DNA of 64,000 bases from Piromyces finnis finn (taxonomy: Eukaryota > Fungi > Neocallimastigomycota). This document shows positions 13,029 to 37,899 of this stretch, in pieces. The DNA lies in NCBI GenBank assembly GCA_002104945.1, contig MCFH01000053.1, forward strand, positions 62,001 through 126,000, in the 5' to 3' direction. Positions within the stretch are counted from its first letter, which is position 1. Each line of letters opens with the position of its first letter. The notes below the pieces were generated by a model, which was not told the DNA's origin, did no database searches, and saw nothing but the letters and a program-made list of their open reading frames with translations. A program made the position numbers and the translations under genes.

Positions 13029-16000
13029 CTAAAACATGGTAGTCTTTTTTGGATTAATTTCTGATTGACTTTTCATCTTAAAGGCTTGAGAAAAGTTTTC
13101 AACCTGACTTTGATATTCTTCCAAATATACAGAAATATCTTGACTATTTGATGCTAATTTATCTTCTTGAGTAAAAGCCTGAGAATTATTCATAAAACCA
13201 AGTTGACTAGATTGAGTAAGGAAAGATTGTGAAGAACCAAAGGTTGGACCAATAGATTGTTGAGATTTAAGACCAATATCTTTATAGTTGGAATTACTAG
13301 ATCTAAACATTGATTGAGAATTAGATAATTGAGAATTCATATCTTGACTGTATCCTTGAGAATATAACGGTATTTGGAATTGAGAATAGGAACGGTTTGG
13401 ATCAATAAAACCAACAGAATCATGAAATGCAGAATAGGATGGCTTTCCAGATGCAAAATTTGCTGAAATATTCATATTTCCAAGACCATTAGTAACTATT
13501 TTTAATAAAAAATAAAATCATTTAGTATTACGAAATATTTATATTTATAAATAATAATGACAATATAATAATATAAAAATTTACCATCTTTAACTCCGTT
13601 ATTAACATCTGTTGTACTACTAGTTGGACTTCTCTTATCATTATTAAAGTATTTGTATTTACCATTCTTTAATCTTCTTGGTCTTTGGAATTGAATCATA
13701 CTAGTCTTGAGATTATTTAATGGACCTTCAACTAAAACATTTCTTTCCTTATAGTGATTTAAGAATTGATACCAAAGTGGATGTTTGGAAAGAACCTTTG
13801 GATTACCTAAAATACAAATACCATACTTAGCACGAGTTAAGGCAACATTTAAACGACGTGGATCGTTTAAGAAACCAATACCTTGATGCTCATTAGAACG
13901 AACACAAGATAAAATAATATAATCCTTTTCACGTCCTTGGAATGCATCAACACTAGCAACTTCAATTTCTTTATAATAATCTTTCTTTAATGAACCATTA
14001 TATTGCATATAACTAACAACAAAGGAACGTTGACCTTCATATGGGGTAATAATACCAATTTGTTGTGGTTTAACACCACTTTTTACTAAACGCGTGACAA
14101 TTTTTTCACAATTTGCTGCTTCGGTTCTATTTAAATACGAAGTACCAGAAGATGAGATTTCTTCTTGTCCAAATGAGGAATGGAAGAACATTGGAGTTTC
14201 TGGTACTGGCCATGGGAAGTCAATTTCCTTTCTTAAACGTTCATGAATGGTAACACCATTTTGAAGACTACCTTCATAGAACATATTAGATGGGAATTCA
14301 GAGAGGCATGGATGCATACGGTATTGTACTTGTAAACGAATTGGACGAATACCCAAAATAACTAATCTTTCGAATAATGATTGACTTAAACCTGCTCTTT
14401 CAGCTTTCTTACTTAAAATTACAGGGCCTAATTGTTTATGATCACCAACCAAAACAGCTTGTTTACAACCCATAACTAATGGAATAAGACATTCTGGTTC
14501 ACAAGCTTGGGTAGCTTCATCAATTAAAACTGTCTTAAATTTGAAGTTAGCTAAACGTGGATCACCAGCACCAACACAAGTACAACAAATAACATCTGCA
14601 TTTTGAAGAATTTCTCTTTCACAAGTTTTCTTTAAAGATTTGTATTTCTTTTCATCTTGAGAACTTAATTCACCTAATTCATTTTTTAAACGAATTAACT
14701 TTTGAAGTTCAGTGTTTGTATCATTATTTTGAACTTGTTCATGAAGAGTAAGGAATGAAACAGGAGATTCAAGAGCTTCTCTACTCTTTGCTGTCATTCT
14801 TACAACTTTTAAACCTGTTTGATGAATTTTTTCAGTTAATTGATCAACAGCAACATTACTTGGAGCACAAACTAAAACTTGACCAGGATTCATTTTAGCT
14901 AAATGATAAACAATTGTAGCTGAAGTTACAGTTTTACCAGTACCTGGAGGACCTTGAATTAAACTCAATGGTCTTTGTAAAACACTCTTAACGGCGTAGA
15001 CTTGAGAATGATTCAACTCTGGTAAGTTTTCAGCAGAAAATCTTTTTGGAATTTGAGTTTTTAAAATTTGTGGTTCAACATCATGACCAAGAAGACGATG
15101 ATAAATGTAACCACTAATTGAAGTTTCATCAACAGCAAAGATTTTCATTGCATGTTGCATTCTATCAAAAGAAACTGATTTCCAAACAAAATCAACAGAG
15201 AAATTATGAGTGCAATCAATTGGAATATGGTCATTTCTGGTAAATTCAAGTGCAACTTCATCTGATAAATTATTTGGAATCTTAATTACGTGACCTTTGC
15301 CTTCCCATTTACTATGTAATTCACCTTCATAACGTAAAATTAATTCATCACCAATCATTAATTTAATATCACCTTGTTCCAATTTTGGTAAAATGAAATA
15401 TGCAACTCTCTTTTGATTTAAACCCATATCCCATCTTACAACAACGTCTTCTTCTGTTTGGGACTCCTTTAATTGTTTATCATAATCAGCTTCTATTTTA
15501 ACTAATGGTCCAAAAATATTTTGATATTGATAAGCATCTTCATACCTTTTATATAATAATAAAAATTATCAAAAAAAATTTTTAAAAAAAAAATTTATTA
15601 TATATATAATGAAAAAAAATCAATAAATAATATATTTATCTATGTTTTAATAAATAATATATTTTTAACTTTTAGGAATAAATAATTACTTTAATAAAAT
15701 AGATTGAGGTTCATCATCAACATTTGGTTTTTCTAAATCTTCTAAATTTACTTCATTATTACTTCTCCATAATTCTTCTAATTTATTAATTTGTTGTGTT
15801 GTTATATGACGAGCTCTTAATTGTTCTTGTTCTGATGGAACTCTAACTAACCAATTTAAGAAACAATGGTCATCAATTAATGGTAACCACTGTGAAACAT
15901 CCCAATTCATATCTTTCTGATTTGATATACTTGCACATGGCTGTCTATATAATTTGATTTTTAATTATAGCATTTTAATTAAAAATATTGATCCCAACAT

Positions 16001-16884
16001 TTAGGATAATACATTTTTTGATATAAATTATCATTTATATTCAGAGAAGATAAATAAAAAAATGATTAATATATATATATATATAATATATTTTAAAAAT
16101 ATAATATATAATTATATGATATTATAATATTATTATTAACTATAAAAAATAAAACAAGGTTTTTGATTAATTATACCTGCACAAAAGAACTACAACAGTA
16201 TCAGACTTTGCTGGAATGAAACCAAGTAAGAAAATATTTTTACAACCACAATTGTAACATTCTAATGTAATCTCACCTAAAGGTGAATCAGGATGTAAAC
16301 CAACTTCTTTGTGTTTTGATCTAACTAAATGACTAACTATATGAGAGCCAGATGTATTTCCTCTAGAATTACAGAACCATTTTCCGCAGGTTAAACATTT
16401 TACTAAACTGTTTGGATTATGAATACCACAGTATCTTTTTTAATTACAAAATAAAATAAAGATAATTATTCAAAGATTTCATTTTAAATATTTTTGTAAT
16501 ATTGATATATAATAATTAATTTATATATTTCATAATAAAATAAAAGATATATAATTATTTAAAATGTTGATAACATTATGATGTGTATAATAACATAATA
16601 TAAATTTATATATATATGTATAACATTTACTGGCAACATTCTTTATGTTCATTTTGATCTTCTGTCACAAAATCAAGGTCATTTTCTTCAGTATCCTCAA
16701 AATTTAAATCTGAACTTTGACTTCCATCTTCAATGAAATCTTTTTCGGTTGTTTGAGTTAATGTCAAACTATCTATAATATCATTATCATCTTTATCTAT
16801 TTGAGAATTTTGTGTATAATCTGAATATTCATACTGAGATCCTTGTGTATCTCCTGTATCAAAAAATTTCAATCCTTTATCCAT
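13029..16884 (-). CDS. UPF1: UPF1/NAM7 nonsense-mediated decay SF1 RNA helicase, multi-exon
   Basis: CH domain exon [44 protein letters not shown]. Helicase motifs [46 protein letters not shown]. Intron 13584-13496 joins a terminal SQ-rich exon ending at TAG 13029. Confidence 0.97.
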
Positions 16885-17469
16885 TAATTATAACAATCTA
16901 TTTTCTCTAATAATATTCCTCTATAATTTTCTTATACCTTCATATATATTAAAAATTATAATGATATATATGATATAAATAAATAAAAAATAAATGTTAA
17001 TATATTTAGTAAAGTTTTCTCTTTCTTTTTAAAATAATTTATCATTCTTATTAATACAAATAAATTGATCTTATTCAATAATTAATATAATTATTATTTT
17101 TTTCACATCTTTATATAATATATATACATATGAATATATTTATGATAAGAATTATTCTTTTGTAGATTCATATCAAATTTTAACAATTATTTATGTCGTC
17201 AAAATTACAAATTTCTAAAAGACTTAAGTATAATTTATTTTTCTACTTAAAATTTACTCACTTTTAAATAATATTTAATTTTAAATGAAAAAGAAAAATA
17301 CTATTATTGTAATAAAAAATGAAAAAAAAAAAAAAAAGTAAATTTTTTTTGTTTTATATTTAATTATGTATTAATTTTTTTTAATTTATTATCAAAAAAA
17401 AAAAAAATAAAATAAACTTTATATTAATCTAATGTATTTAATTTAATTTAATACATTTCAGTACATTTT

Positions 17470-17525
<56 letters not shown>

Positions 17526-17931
17526 TTCATTCATTCATTCATTCATTTTTTTAAAGATTATATATTTATTTGGATATTTGGATATGACTATTATTAGAAT
17601 GAAAAAGTATTAATAATATTAATAATTAATAAATAAAAAATCATTTATTAAGGTTATTAATATTATTTTGTTTTTTTCTACTTTAATTCTCTTATAAGAT
17701 AGTATATTAGATTTTTATTATATTTTATTTTATTTTATATTCATTATTCATTATTTTTTAAATTAAAAAAAAATTAAATATGAAAAGTTAAATGCATATA
17801 TTATATATTATGAATATTATATTTAATAATAAGTAGCTTGAAAGAGTTTTTTAAGAAAAAAATATTTCCCATCTAATTAAGAAAAATACTTTTAAAAATC
17901 CCAAAAAGTGTTGATTTATATTTGGTTTATT

Positions 17932-18415
17932 TTATTTACTAAATGTAAAGTAAATAAAATAGAGAAGACATAATATAACAGTTACTAATATTACCATTAG
18001 TTTTGTATTTTTCCACCACATTTGTCTTTTTAGTGCTGTACTTCTTTTCTTAAAAGCAAAAGATTGTTGATTAAGACTATCTGTCTTATCAACAAGAATC
18101 TAGTATATTAAAATTATTAATAATTTTTTATAAATAAAACATATATTAGCATTAAGATAAATGAGTATTTTTTCATTATATATTGTTAACATTGAAAACA
18201 TTATTAAGTAATTTCATTAAGCAATTTTTCATATATACCTCAATTCTTTCACCTCTTTCCAATACTTTTTCAATATTATGAACCATTACATCTTTAACTT
18301 GTTCTATTTCTCCCTTTACTTGATGTATCTTATCAATAGCACTTGGATTTTCGTTGTAGTATTGCTTTTATATATATTATATTATTTTTTATGTTATTTC
18401 ATATATTTTCAAAAA

Positions 18416-18447
<32 letters not shown>

Positions 18448-19123
18448 CATATTAATTATAATTAATAGTAAAGTTATTAAATGAACAATTAATAATTGAA
18501 CAAAATTACCATTCTCTCTGCTAAAACCTTAGAATATTCATTTAACCCATATGAAACTTCAGTTAAAGCACGTTCACCATATCTTGCTTCAAATTGATTT
18601 TTGATATCTTCAAGGAAAGTAAATGGAATTCTTCTTCCTTTATATATATAAAAAATTAATTTTTAAATTACTTTTAATATTAAAATGCTTATTAATTGAA
18701 TATACCAAAATTATCATCAGCCATTGCTAAATATATAATTCCATCAGTTGAGATATAATGGAATAAATAACTAAATTACCACGTAATATTTTTCATGAAA
18801 ATTAAATATTTATTTAAATAAATATTTTTTGTTATTTATTATTATAATAATAAAATAATAATTGATTTTAATTTTGATTATTTCATTATATTACTTATCA
18901 TAAACATATGTTAATTTAGAATTTCCTTCTGGAATTTTTTCTAAAATATGCTAAAATTAAATAAATATGTATATATCATTAATATTAAAAAATAAAAATA
19001 TTTTTCTTTCAATTATATAATTACTTGAGCAATTGCTGGGAAATTTCCAGAACTACTTGAATATTCTGCTAAAACTATAGTTCCTCTAGAAATAACAGAG
19101 TAAATAATTCCATTTTCTGGCAT
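17932..19123 (-). CDS. VAMP7: VAMP7-type longin R-SNARE, multi-exon
   Basis: Six exons translate to MPENGIIYSVISRGTIVLAEYSS..., YLFHYISTDGIIYLAMADDNFG, RRIPFTFLEDIKNQF (longin), synaptobrevin core VKGEIEQVKDVMVHNIEKVLERGERIE/ILVDKTDSL, and KRQMWWKN plus a TM helix. 3' end approximate. Confidence 0.9.
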
Positions 19124-20510
19124 TTTTATTATTCTTTTTTAAAAAAAAAAAGTAATAAACTATCCTAAAAAGAGAAATAAAATATTATATAAACAATTAT
19201 TTATTATATATCTATAAAATTAACATTATTTGTATAATAAAAATTACCTCAATTCTTTTTAACAAAATAAATTTAAAATTTTTCTTTTAACAAAATAAAA
19301 AAAAAAAAAAAGAAACCAAAATATTATTTGATTTCTGATTATTAAAAATTTATATATTAATAATTAACTCTAATATATTATATTTTTAATTGTAATTTAT
19401 TAGCAAAATTGAATTAATATATATTAAAAATAGGAGAGCTAAAAATTATAAAATAAAAATAAAAAAATCTTTTAACATACAAATTTTTCATGGTTTTATT
19501 GTTTTATAATATTAAAATAACGAAATGTGATGCTTAATAATATCTTATTAAATATTAGACATTAAGTTATTATAAAAAAGAAACTTTAATTATAATTTAT
19601 AATTATAATAATTATCCAATTGTATAGTTAAAAGAACCAAAAAAAAAAATTTTATTGTAATTTAATATTCTATAAAATAATATTAATTTCCAATAAATCA
19701 AAAAATAATGCATTTCTTCTTTTAAAGTCAATTTCAGATATTTTTTAATAATAATTATAATAATTATAATAAGAATAAGAATAATATAATAAATTTATTA
19801 TTATGCTTATTATAACACTTTTTATTATTATTTATTTATATCGAAACTTAGAATTAAAACTAAAAAACTCTATGATTTAATAAAATAAAATGAATTATTT
19901 AATTTTAAAATAACCTTTCATAAAATGTTACACAACAAAAAATAAATTAAACTTTATATTTTATCTTTATAAAAAAAAGGATATAAAATTAAAATAATGG
20001 TAATCTATTTTAAAATTGAATTTCCTTAAAAAATACTTATTAAATAGTAACCATCTATTTTAAAGATTTAAAAGTGGAAAAATAATAATAATAATAATAA
20101 TAAAATAAAAAGCTTTTATAAATTCATATATGTTATCAATTCTTTTTTAAAAAAAAAAAATAAAATATATAACATAATAAAATTTCATTTAATAATATAT
20201 TATAGCAATTCGAATAAGAATCAATTTCTATAATTATATATTAATAATAGTTTATTTTCTCTATATATTATCGTTGTTGTTGTTACTTAATAAATATTAA
20301 TTTTGTTTTCTTTCTTTCATATATATAAAATGATTTTTTGAAATATTAATAATAAAAATTCTGAATTAAAGGTGTTGTGTTGTTTATAAATGATTGTTGT
20401 AAATATATAATTATTTATTTTTATTATTATTTTCATAAAATTTGATTTAAAAAAAAAAAAAAAAAAAGATAAAATATAATTACAAATATATATATGATAA
20501 ATAATATAGT

Positions 20511-25937
<5,427 letters not shown>

Positions 25938-26281
25938 TATATATTATAAGAATTTAATAATATAAAAATTAAATAAGCAAAGATTTATTTATCTTTTGTT
26001 ATATTATTTTCATTATATATTTATTTAATTATTTACATTTATTAAAAAGATTTTTTTTTTTTTTTTTTTCATTTTTATATTTGAGCATTAAAATTAAAAA
26101 AAATAAAATAAATAAAAAGATTATTAACAATATGTAATAATTCTTAAAAAAAAAAAAAAAGATATTTTAATAATAAATACATTATTAATAGTTATTAATA
26201 ATAAGACTTTTATTATTGTTATTTAATATTATAATTTTATTCTTTTTTATAATTGTAATTAAAGGAAAATACGGAAAATAA

Positions 26282-32408
<6,127 letters not shown>

Positions 32409-33280
32409 TTTTATACCATATTTTTATTCTCTTTTATAATTCTAATTGTATGCTGTTTTAATTATAACAATTTAAAACAAAATATTAATATAAAATGAAT
32501 ATATAATTAAAATTAAAAATGAATATAAATATATTTATATATTATTCATATGTATTACTTAAAAAAGAAATTTTATCCTAATATTTGGTATTAAAAAAGA
32601 GAATTATTCTTTATTTTATTATATTTTCTTCTTTAAATATACCATAATTTTAATTTAAATTATATTAAAAATATTTAAATATTATTTGTTTATATTAAGA
32701 GTGGTAATTTAGGATTTATGATTATGTCAACTTTATTAATATATTTTATGATAAAGAACTACTTGCGTTACATTCTTCTCAAACTACATGTATTTATACA
32801 TTTGCATTGTGGCTTAAACATATAATTAAATACAATATATACAAATACGTTTTAATACATTTCAATACATTTGAATACATGTGACATAACGTTTCACATA
32901 TTCTAACATTCCCCCTCAAACCTAATTTTCTACTAAGTAAAATTTGGTTTGCTGGTGAATATGTGCATTTTATTATTTCTAAACTATTAACTATAAACTA
33001 AATCTAATGTTTAAAATTTTTATATTTCATTAACTGGAATTTAAAATATTTCACATATATTATTCACTAATTGCTTTAAAGAATTTAAATATTACCCTAT
33101 AACTTCGTTTTTATGGATAAACTGAAAACCTTTGTATAATTGGGTAGTATTAAAGTTTAAAATTTGGATTGGATATTCATAAATTGTTATACCATCCATT
33201 AAGGATTGAAAACCCTTCCGGTTTTACATTATCCTATAAACTATATTGGTAATCTCTCTGAGATTTACACAGAATTATAG

Positions 33281-33515
33281 ACAACACATGGTTTATCTCT
33301 TTGATTTTACGTCCTTATGACAACGCATGGTTTACCTCTTTGGTTTTACGTTTTCTTAACAACTCATGGTTAACCTTTGATTTTACGTCCTTATGACAAC
33401 ACATATGGATAACTCCTTTTGGTTTTACGTTCTCTTAACAACCTATGGTTAATCTTCTTGGTTTTACGTTCTTCGGACAACCTATGGATAACTCTCTGGT
33501 TTTATGTCCTTATAA
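33281..33515. repeat. Tandem 37-42 bp repeat (6 units) inside the LTR element
   Basis: Units start ACAAC at 33281, 33320, 33359, 33396, 33438 and 33477; consensus approximately ACAACNYATGGWTWACTCTYTGRTTTTACGTYYT. Confidence 0.85.
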
Positions 33516-35396
33516 CTACAATTTTCTTTAGAATATTAGCATAATTGTATTTCAATCTATTTGTAAATACTAATTAATAATGGTAAAATTTTAATTAAAT
33601 TCTTAATAGTTATTTAGTTTATGTATATTGAATTTTAACATTTTCTTTTAGGTGTTTTTCCTTCCTTTTATGCCTTTTGTATTGATTAATTATTCTTATA
33701 ATATTTAAGAATATTTTACTTTGTATTTGAAATTTTGTTCTTTTCATTTTTACATATTGAATATTGAATCTTATAGATTTTTACATTTGAATTTCAATTC
33801 ATTCTATTTATTAAGCCTTAGTTTCTATGCAATGTTTTAGTTATTTCCAATGTTTAACTAGAAACAAAAATTATTATCTTGAATTTTAAATTTCGTATAT
33901 TCACTACTTCCCCCTCAAATCTAGATGTTTAGTAATAAATATTTAGATTTGAAAATGAGAAATTTAAATTTCATAAAATTTCATTCATTTTGCATCAAAT
34001 TTTCATAATAATGAATAAATTTTCATAACATATACGATAAATTTTAATGCCTATATTAAAATAAATAACATATTCTAATGTTTTCATTCATTTTTCTCAA
34101 TTACTAATCCTTTTAAGTGTTGTGAAATTAATGAAATGATTATTAAAATCAATCAAACAATTAAAATATACTTCAAGTATTTATTTCTTTACTTCAAATT
34201 AAAATAAGTAAATATACCAGTAAGATTATAACAAGTTAATATGATAAGATAATGACATTTAAAGTATCGATTGTTGAAGAGAATAAAGTTCTTCTAAACA
34301 ATATCGAAGTCGGCTCGGTTAATTAGAATGTCAGCTAATAGGTCGGCGATCACTCACTACGTTTAAAGTGGCGATATGTATATGAGGGTTTCTAAAATCA
34401 CCGTAAATTTAATTTTAAAACGGCGTCACAACATTCTTGAATGTTGGTAATAAATATATATGATGAATCAATGTCATCTAAATTTATGGAGCCCTTTCTA
34501 TAAAGGTGCTACATTTTATTGATGGGACCAAATTAAATATATGTAGATCTTGAACCATCATTAATAAATATCTATGAATTTAACTCATTTCACGCTAAGT
34601 TAAATCATGATAAGTTGTTAAAATATTATTGAATGCACCCATTTCACGCTAGGTCATTCTAAATATATATGTGTAGAATATGCTCATTTCACGCTAAGCA
34701 TTTCTAACTTTAATAAATTACCTCATTTAAAATATATGCTTTGTAGATTAGCAATAACTAATAATTGCCTACGGGATGAGCATTTGACCAGAAATATATT
34801 TGCTTTGTAGATTAGCAATAACTTTAATAATGCTTTTGAGGCTAAATATATTATCTTAATGTGTTGTTATAGTAAATCAATTCAAAGAGTTGTATACTGG
34901 ATTAAATAATATATACTAATTTTGAGTGATATTATCATGATGAAGTTGTTTGACATTTTCACAAGGATAGTTCAATTCTTTTTGTATAATTTCATTGTAA
35001 TAGGATATTTTATATAAACTTATCAAATAATGTTTAATTATTCTAATTATTGTTTCTAATTGTAAAAATTAATTATTTTCTTCAATTCTTTCCCCTATGG
35101 CGGAAAGGATATTATCTCATTAAAATAGTAGTAGTTAAAATATTCGAATATTTCACAAACAATTTATTTACTTGAAATAAATATGTATGCTTTTAATAAC
35201 GATAATGCTATTTTATGAATGTTAATAAAACTAATTCTTTTAAAAATAAAATGAATGTTTGTAGGTGTATGTATGTTTATGAATATTTACATAATTGAAT
35301 ATATGGATTTTTAAATGATAATGAATGTAAATTGACATAATGAGTAGATCAAAATCAAATTAATAAATTTAATAAATTGAGTAAATTAGGAGAATT

Positions 35397-36599
35397 CTAA
35401 TATACAATGTTTATTTGCCAAAACATTACTGACATTAAAATAATAAATACATTTGCGAGAGAAATATATTTGAAGTTTACAGTTCCGTTTGAATCTTCTT
35501 GTTCGTCATTAAGTTGGTTATCAACAATATAATAACCACAAGATTCACTATCAACTATATTAATGTCATTAGAAATATTAGTTATATCGGTATTGTTAGA
35601 GATAATTGGTATTTTGGATATACTGACTTTACTAATGTCAACTTTATAACCAAGATCGCATAACTTTTTAATATAAAATTCACCAATATGATCACAAATT
35701 TCTATACCAATTTTAGTATATGTTTTACCAAAATTGATATAGGTTGAATAGTCACAACCTGCAAATAGTGCAGCCTCAGCTGCTCTTCTTCTTACTAATC
35801 CTGGAAGAGGTTTTAAAACACCGTTTACATATCCTTTGTTGTATTCTAAAATCTTTTTATTAATTTCTTCCTTTGTTCTCCGACCATTATTAGTTAATCC
35901 ATCAATACTTCCAACATTATAAGCAAAACTACATAATGCATCATATTCATTTTGATTCCAATTATATTTATAATTGAAAGATTTTACATTAGGACCATAT
36001 TTTTTTTCGATTGAAAGTTTTAACCATTTCTCTGCAGTTTTTTCATCTATTGTTAAGCCCTCGTTGATATATGTTCCAGTAATATCATAGTTAGCACTGG
36101 TAGTACCGTAACCAATAGTCCATACTCCAACCGGATCTAAATAGGCAGTTAATACACATCCTTCAAAAATTTTGATTATGTTAATTATATTGTCACTTAC
36201 TTTTAATTGATCATTATTTTGATTTGTATTTGGAACGCATAGTCGAATAACACTAGGTCCTGGGCATTGGTCCATATATCTCGTGTAAGATTCTTCTGAA
36301 CAGTCATCTTCATTTATATTTTTACATTTTCCTGTATTTAGAAGAGCTGTTCCATCTGTAAGTGTATCGACATCTTTTATACAGCATTTAATATTAACTG
36401 AGTCATGTGTACAAAAACCTGCATATGCTTTAGCATTGCCAGTTTGTTTATCATTTAATTTACATTGATCCTCTCTAACGCAAACACCTGTTCCGACATC
36501 GGTTACATGACATTTTTGATTTTCAGCAATTACCAATGGTAGAATTAAAATTGTCGAAAAAATATTTAAAAAATATATTACTTTGCTTCTTAATCTCAT
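35397..36599 (-). CDS. GH24 phage-type lysozyme (muramidase) with N-terminal signal, Cys-rich fungal domain(s) and C-terminal hydrophobic anchor
   Basis: Intronless 400-aa ORF. FEGCVLTAYLDPVGVWTIGYG carries the E-x8-D-x5-T catalytic triad; NQNEYDALCSFAYNVG and LPGLVRRRAAEAALF are endolysin/autolysin-type GH24 signatures. N-terminal hydrophobic leader, two Cys-rich repeats (GVCVREDQC...GFCTHDSVNIKCC; GKC...C...CPGPSVIRLC), tail ISLANVFIILMSVMFW. Confidence 0.93.
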   Translation of the reverse strand: MRLRSKVIYFLNIFSTILILPLVIAENQKCHVTDVGTGVCVREDQCKLNDKQTGNAKAYAGFCTHDSVNIKCCIKDVDTLTDGTALLNTGKCKNINEDDCSEESYTRYMDQCPGPSVIRLCVPNTNQNNDQLKVSDNIINIIKIFEGCVLTAYLDPVGVWTIGYGTTSANYDITGTYINEGLTIDEKTAEKWLKLSIEKKYGPNVKSFNYKYNWNQNEYDALCSFAYNVGSIDGLTNNGRRTKEEINKKILEYNKGYVNGVLKPLPGLVRRRAAEAALFAGCDYSTYINFGKTYTKIGIEICDHIGEFYIKKLCDLGYKVDISKVSISKIPIISNNTDITNISNDINIVDSESCGYYIVDNQLNDEQEDSNGTVNFKYISLANVFIILMSVMFWQINIVY

Positions 36600-37899
36600 T
36601 CTTTGGAGTATTTATAATATTAATATATTTGATGAAATTTAATAACTCAATTGTAAATAATTATATAAAATAAATTTAGAGTTCACTAGTTAATTTATAC
36701 TGTTTGTAGTGAATAAGGTAAACTGAGAATGAAATTCTATTGTTTATTTAATTCTAAATTTATATTTCGAATTTGTACTTTATTAACTTTGAATTTAATT
36801 TTACAATATCTATTCATAAATAGTTTCTAAAATAATTAATTCTTTTCAATTTTGAATACTTTAATTTATTTCTGAGTTTTAGGCATTGGTTGTATTTGAA
36901 TAAAATAAATTTTATGTTGGTTCAAAATTATTTAGAGTTCAATTTGTTTTGTTTATTTTTAAATTTAAAGATTTAAATTAAAAGTTAAAAAATTCAAAAT
37001 TCAATTTTAGAATAATTTGCTTTCGGAATTTAAAATTGTCTATATTATTTTAGTATAAGGAAACTTTGTTTATATCAGGTAATGTTTTTCTTTCATTTTA
37101 CTGGATTATTTGGTATTTCGTGGTTTTTCAATTTTAGATTGCCATTTCAATTTCAAAATTTTTGAAATCTCAAATTCTAGATCTCAAAACAGTTTTACCA
37201 AACATAGATAATTTCAGATTAAATAATTTAATTGTAATGGTTAGAATTTCCTACTGTTTTCTCCTTTGACATAATACTGTATCCGGCAGTTTGATTCATC
37301 TTTCAGAGAATCATTTGAGAGTCAATGAGGGTCATTGAGATTCTCTCTTGAGAGTCATTGAGACTCTTAATCTATTAAGAGTGGTAATTTAGGATTTATG
37401 ATTATGTCAACTTTATTAATATATTTTATGATAAAGAACTACTTGCGTTACATTCTTCTCAAACTACATGTATTTATACATTTGCATTGTGGCTTAAACA
37501 TATAATTAAATACAATATATACAAATACGTTTTAATACATTTCAATACATTTGAATACATGTGACATAACGTTTCACATATTCTAACAGTTTACGACCAT
37601 ATATGTTTTAAATGCTTTAAATTATTAAATTTCTAAAATTAATAAACTACAATTCAAATAATAGAATTTATTATAGATTAGGTTTTGATCTAAATATTAT
37701 AATATGTAATGACCATTTTTCACTTAAAAGTTATAACCACATCCAAAAAAAAATGAATAGGAAAGAAAAAGAACCTATTACTAATCGGCATTATGAAAGA
37801 AATTATAAAATTATTTAATAAAAATTATTATATTAGCATTTAAATAAACAATATTTTTAATATAAATCGTATTAAGAAAATAAAATATATTTAATTTAT

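Larger units (their letters stand above)
32693..37588 (-). mobile_element. Non-autonomous LTR retroelement (probably Copia-derived), 4896 bp, carrying a lysozyme gene
   Basis: Identical 216-bp LTRs at 32693-32908 and 37373-37588. 5-bp TSD GTTTA (32688-32692 and 37589-37593). PPT GAGGGGGAA abuts the 3' LTR on the minus strand. Termini TG...TA. No gag/pol ORF in the track; only a weak gag-like relic (EILT...NYLI*) near 37270-37200. Confidence 0.93.

Noticed and set aside
33281-33515. CRISPR-like 39-bp repeats
   Set aside because: Units are contiguous and degenerate with no spacers; eukaryotic LTR context.
37340-37372. Primer-binding site of the LTR element
   Set aside because: The sequence after the 5' LTR (GATTAAGAGTCTC) lacks the TGG start and only loosely resembles internal-tRNA-type Copia PBSs; it cannot be assigned without the host tRNA set.
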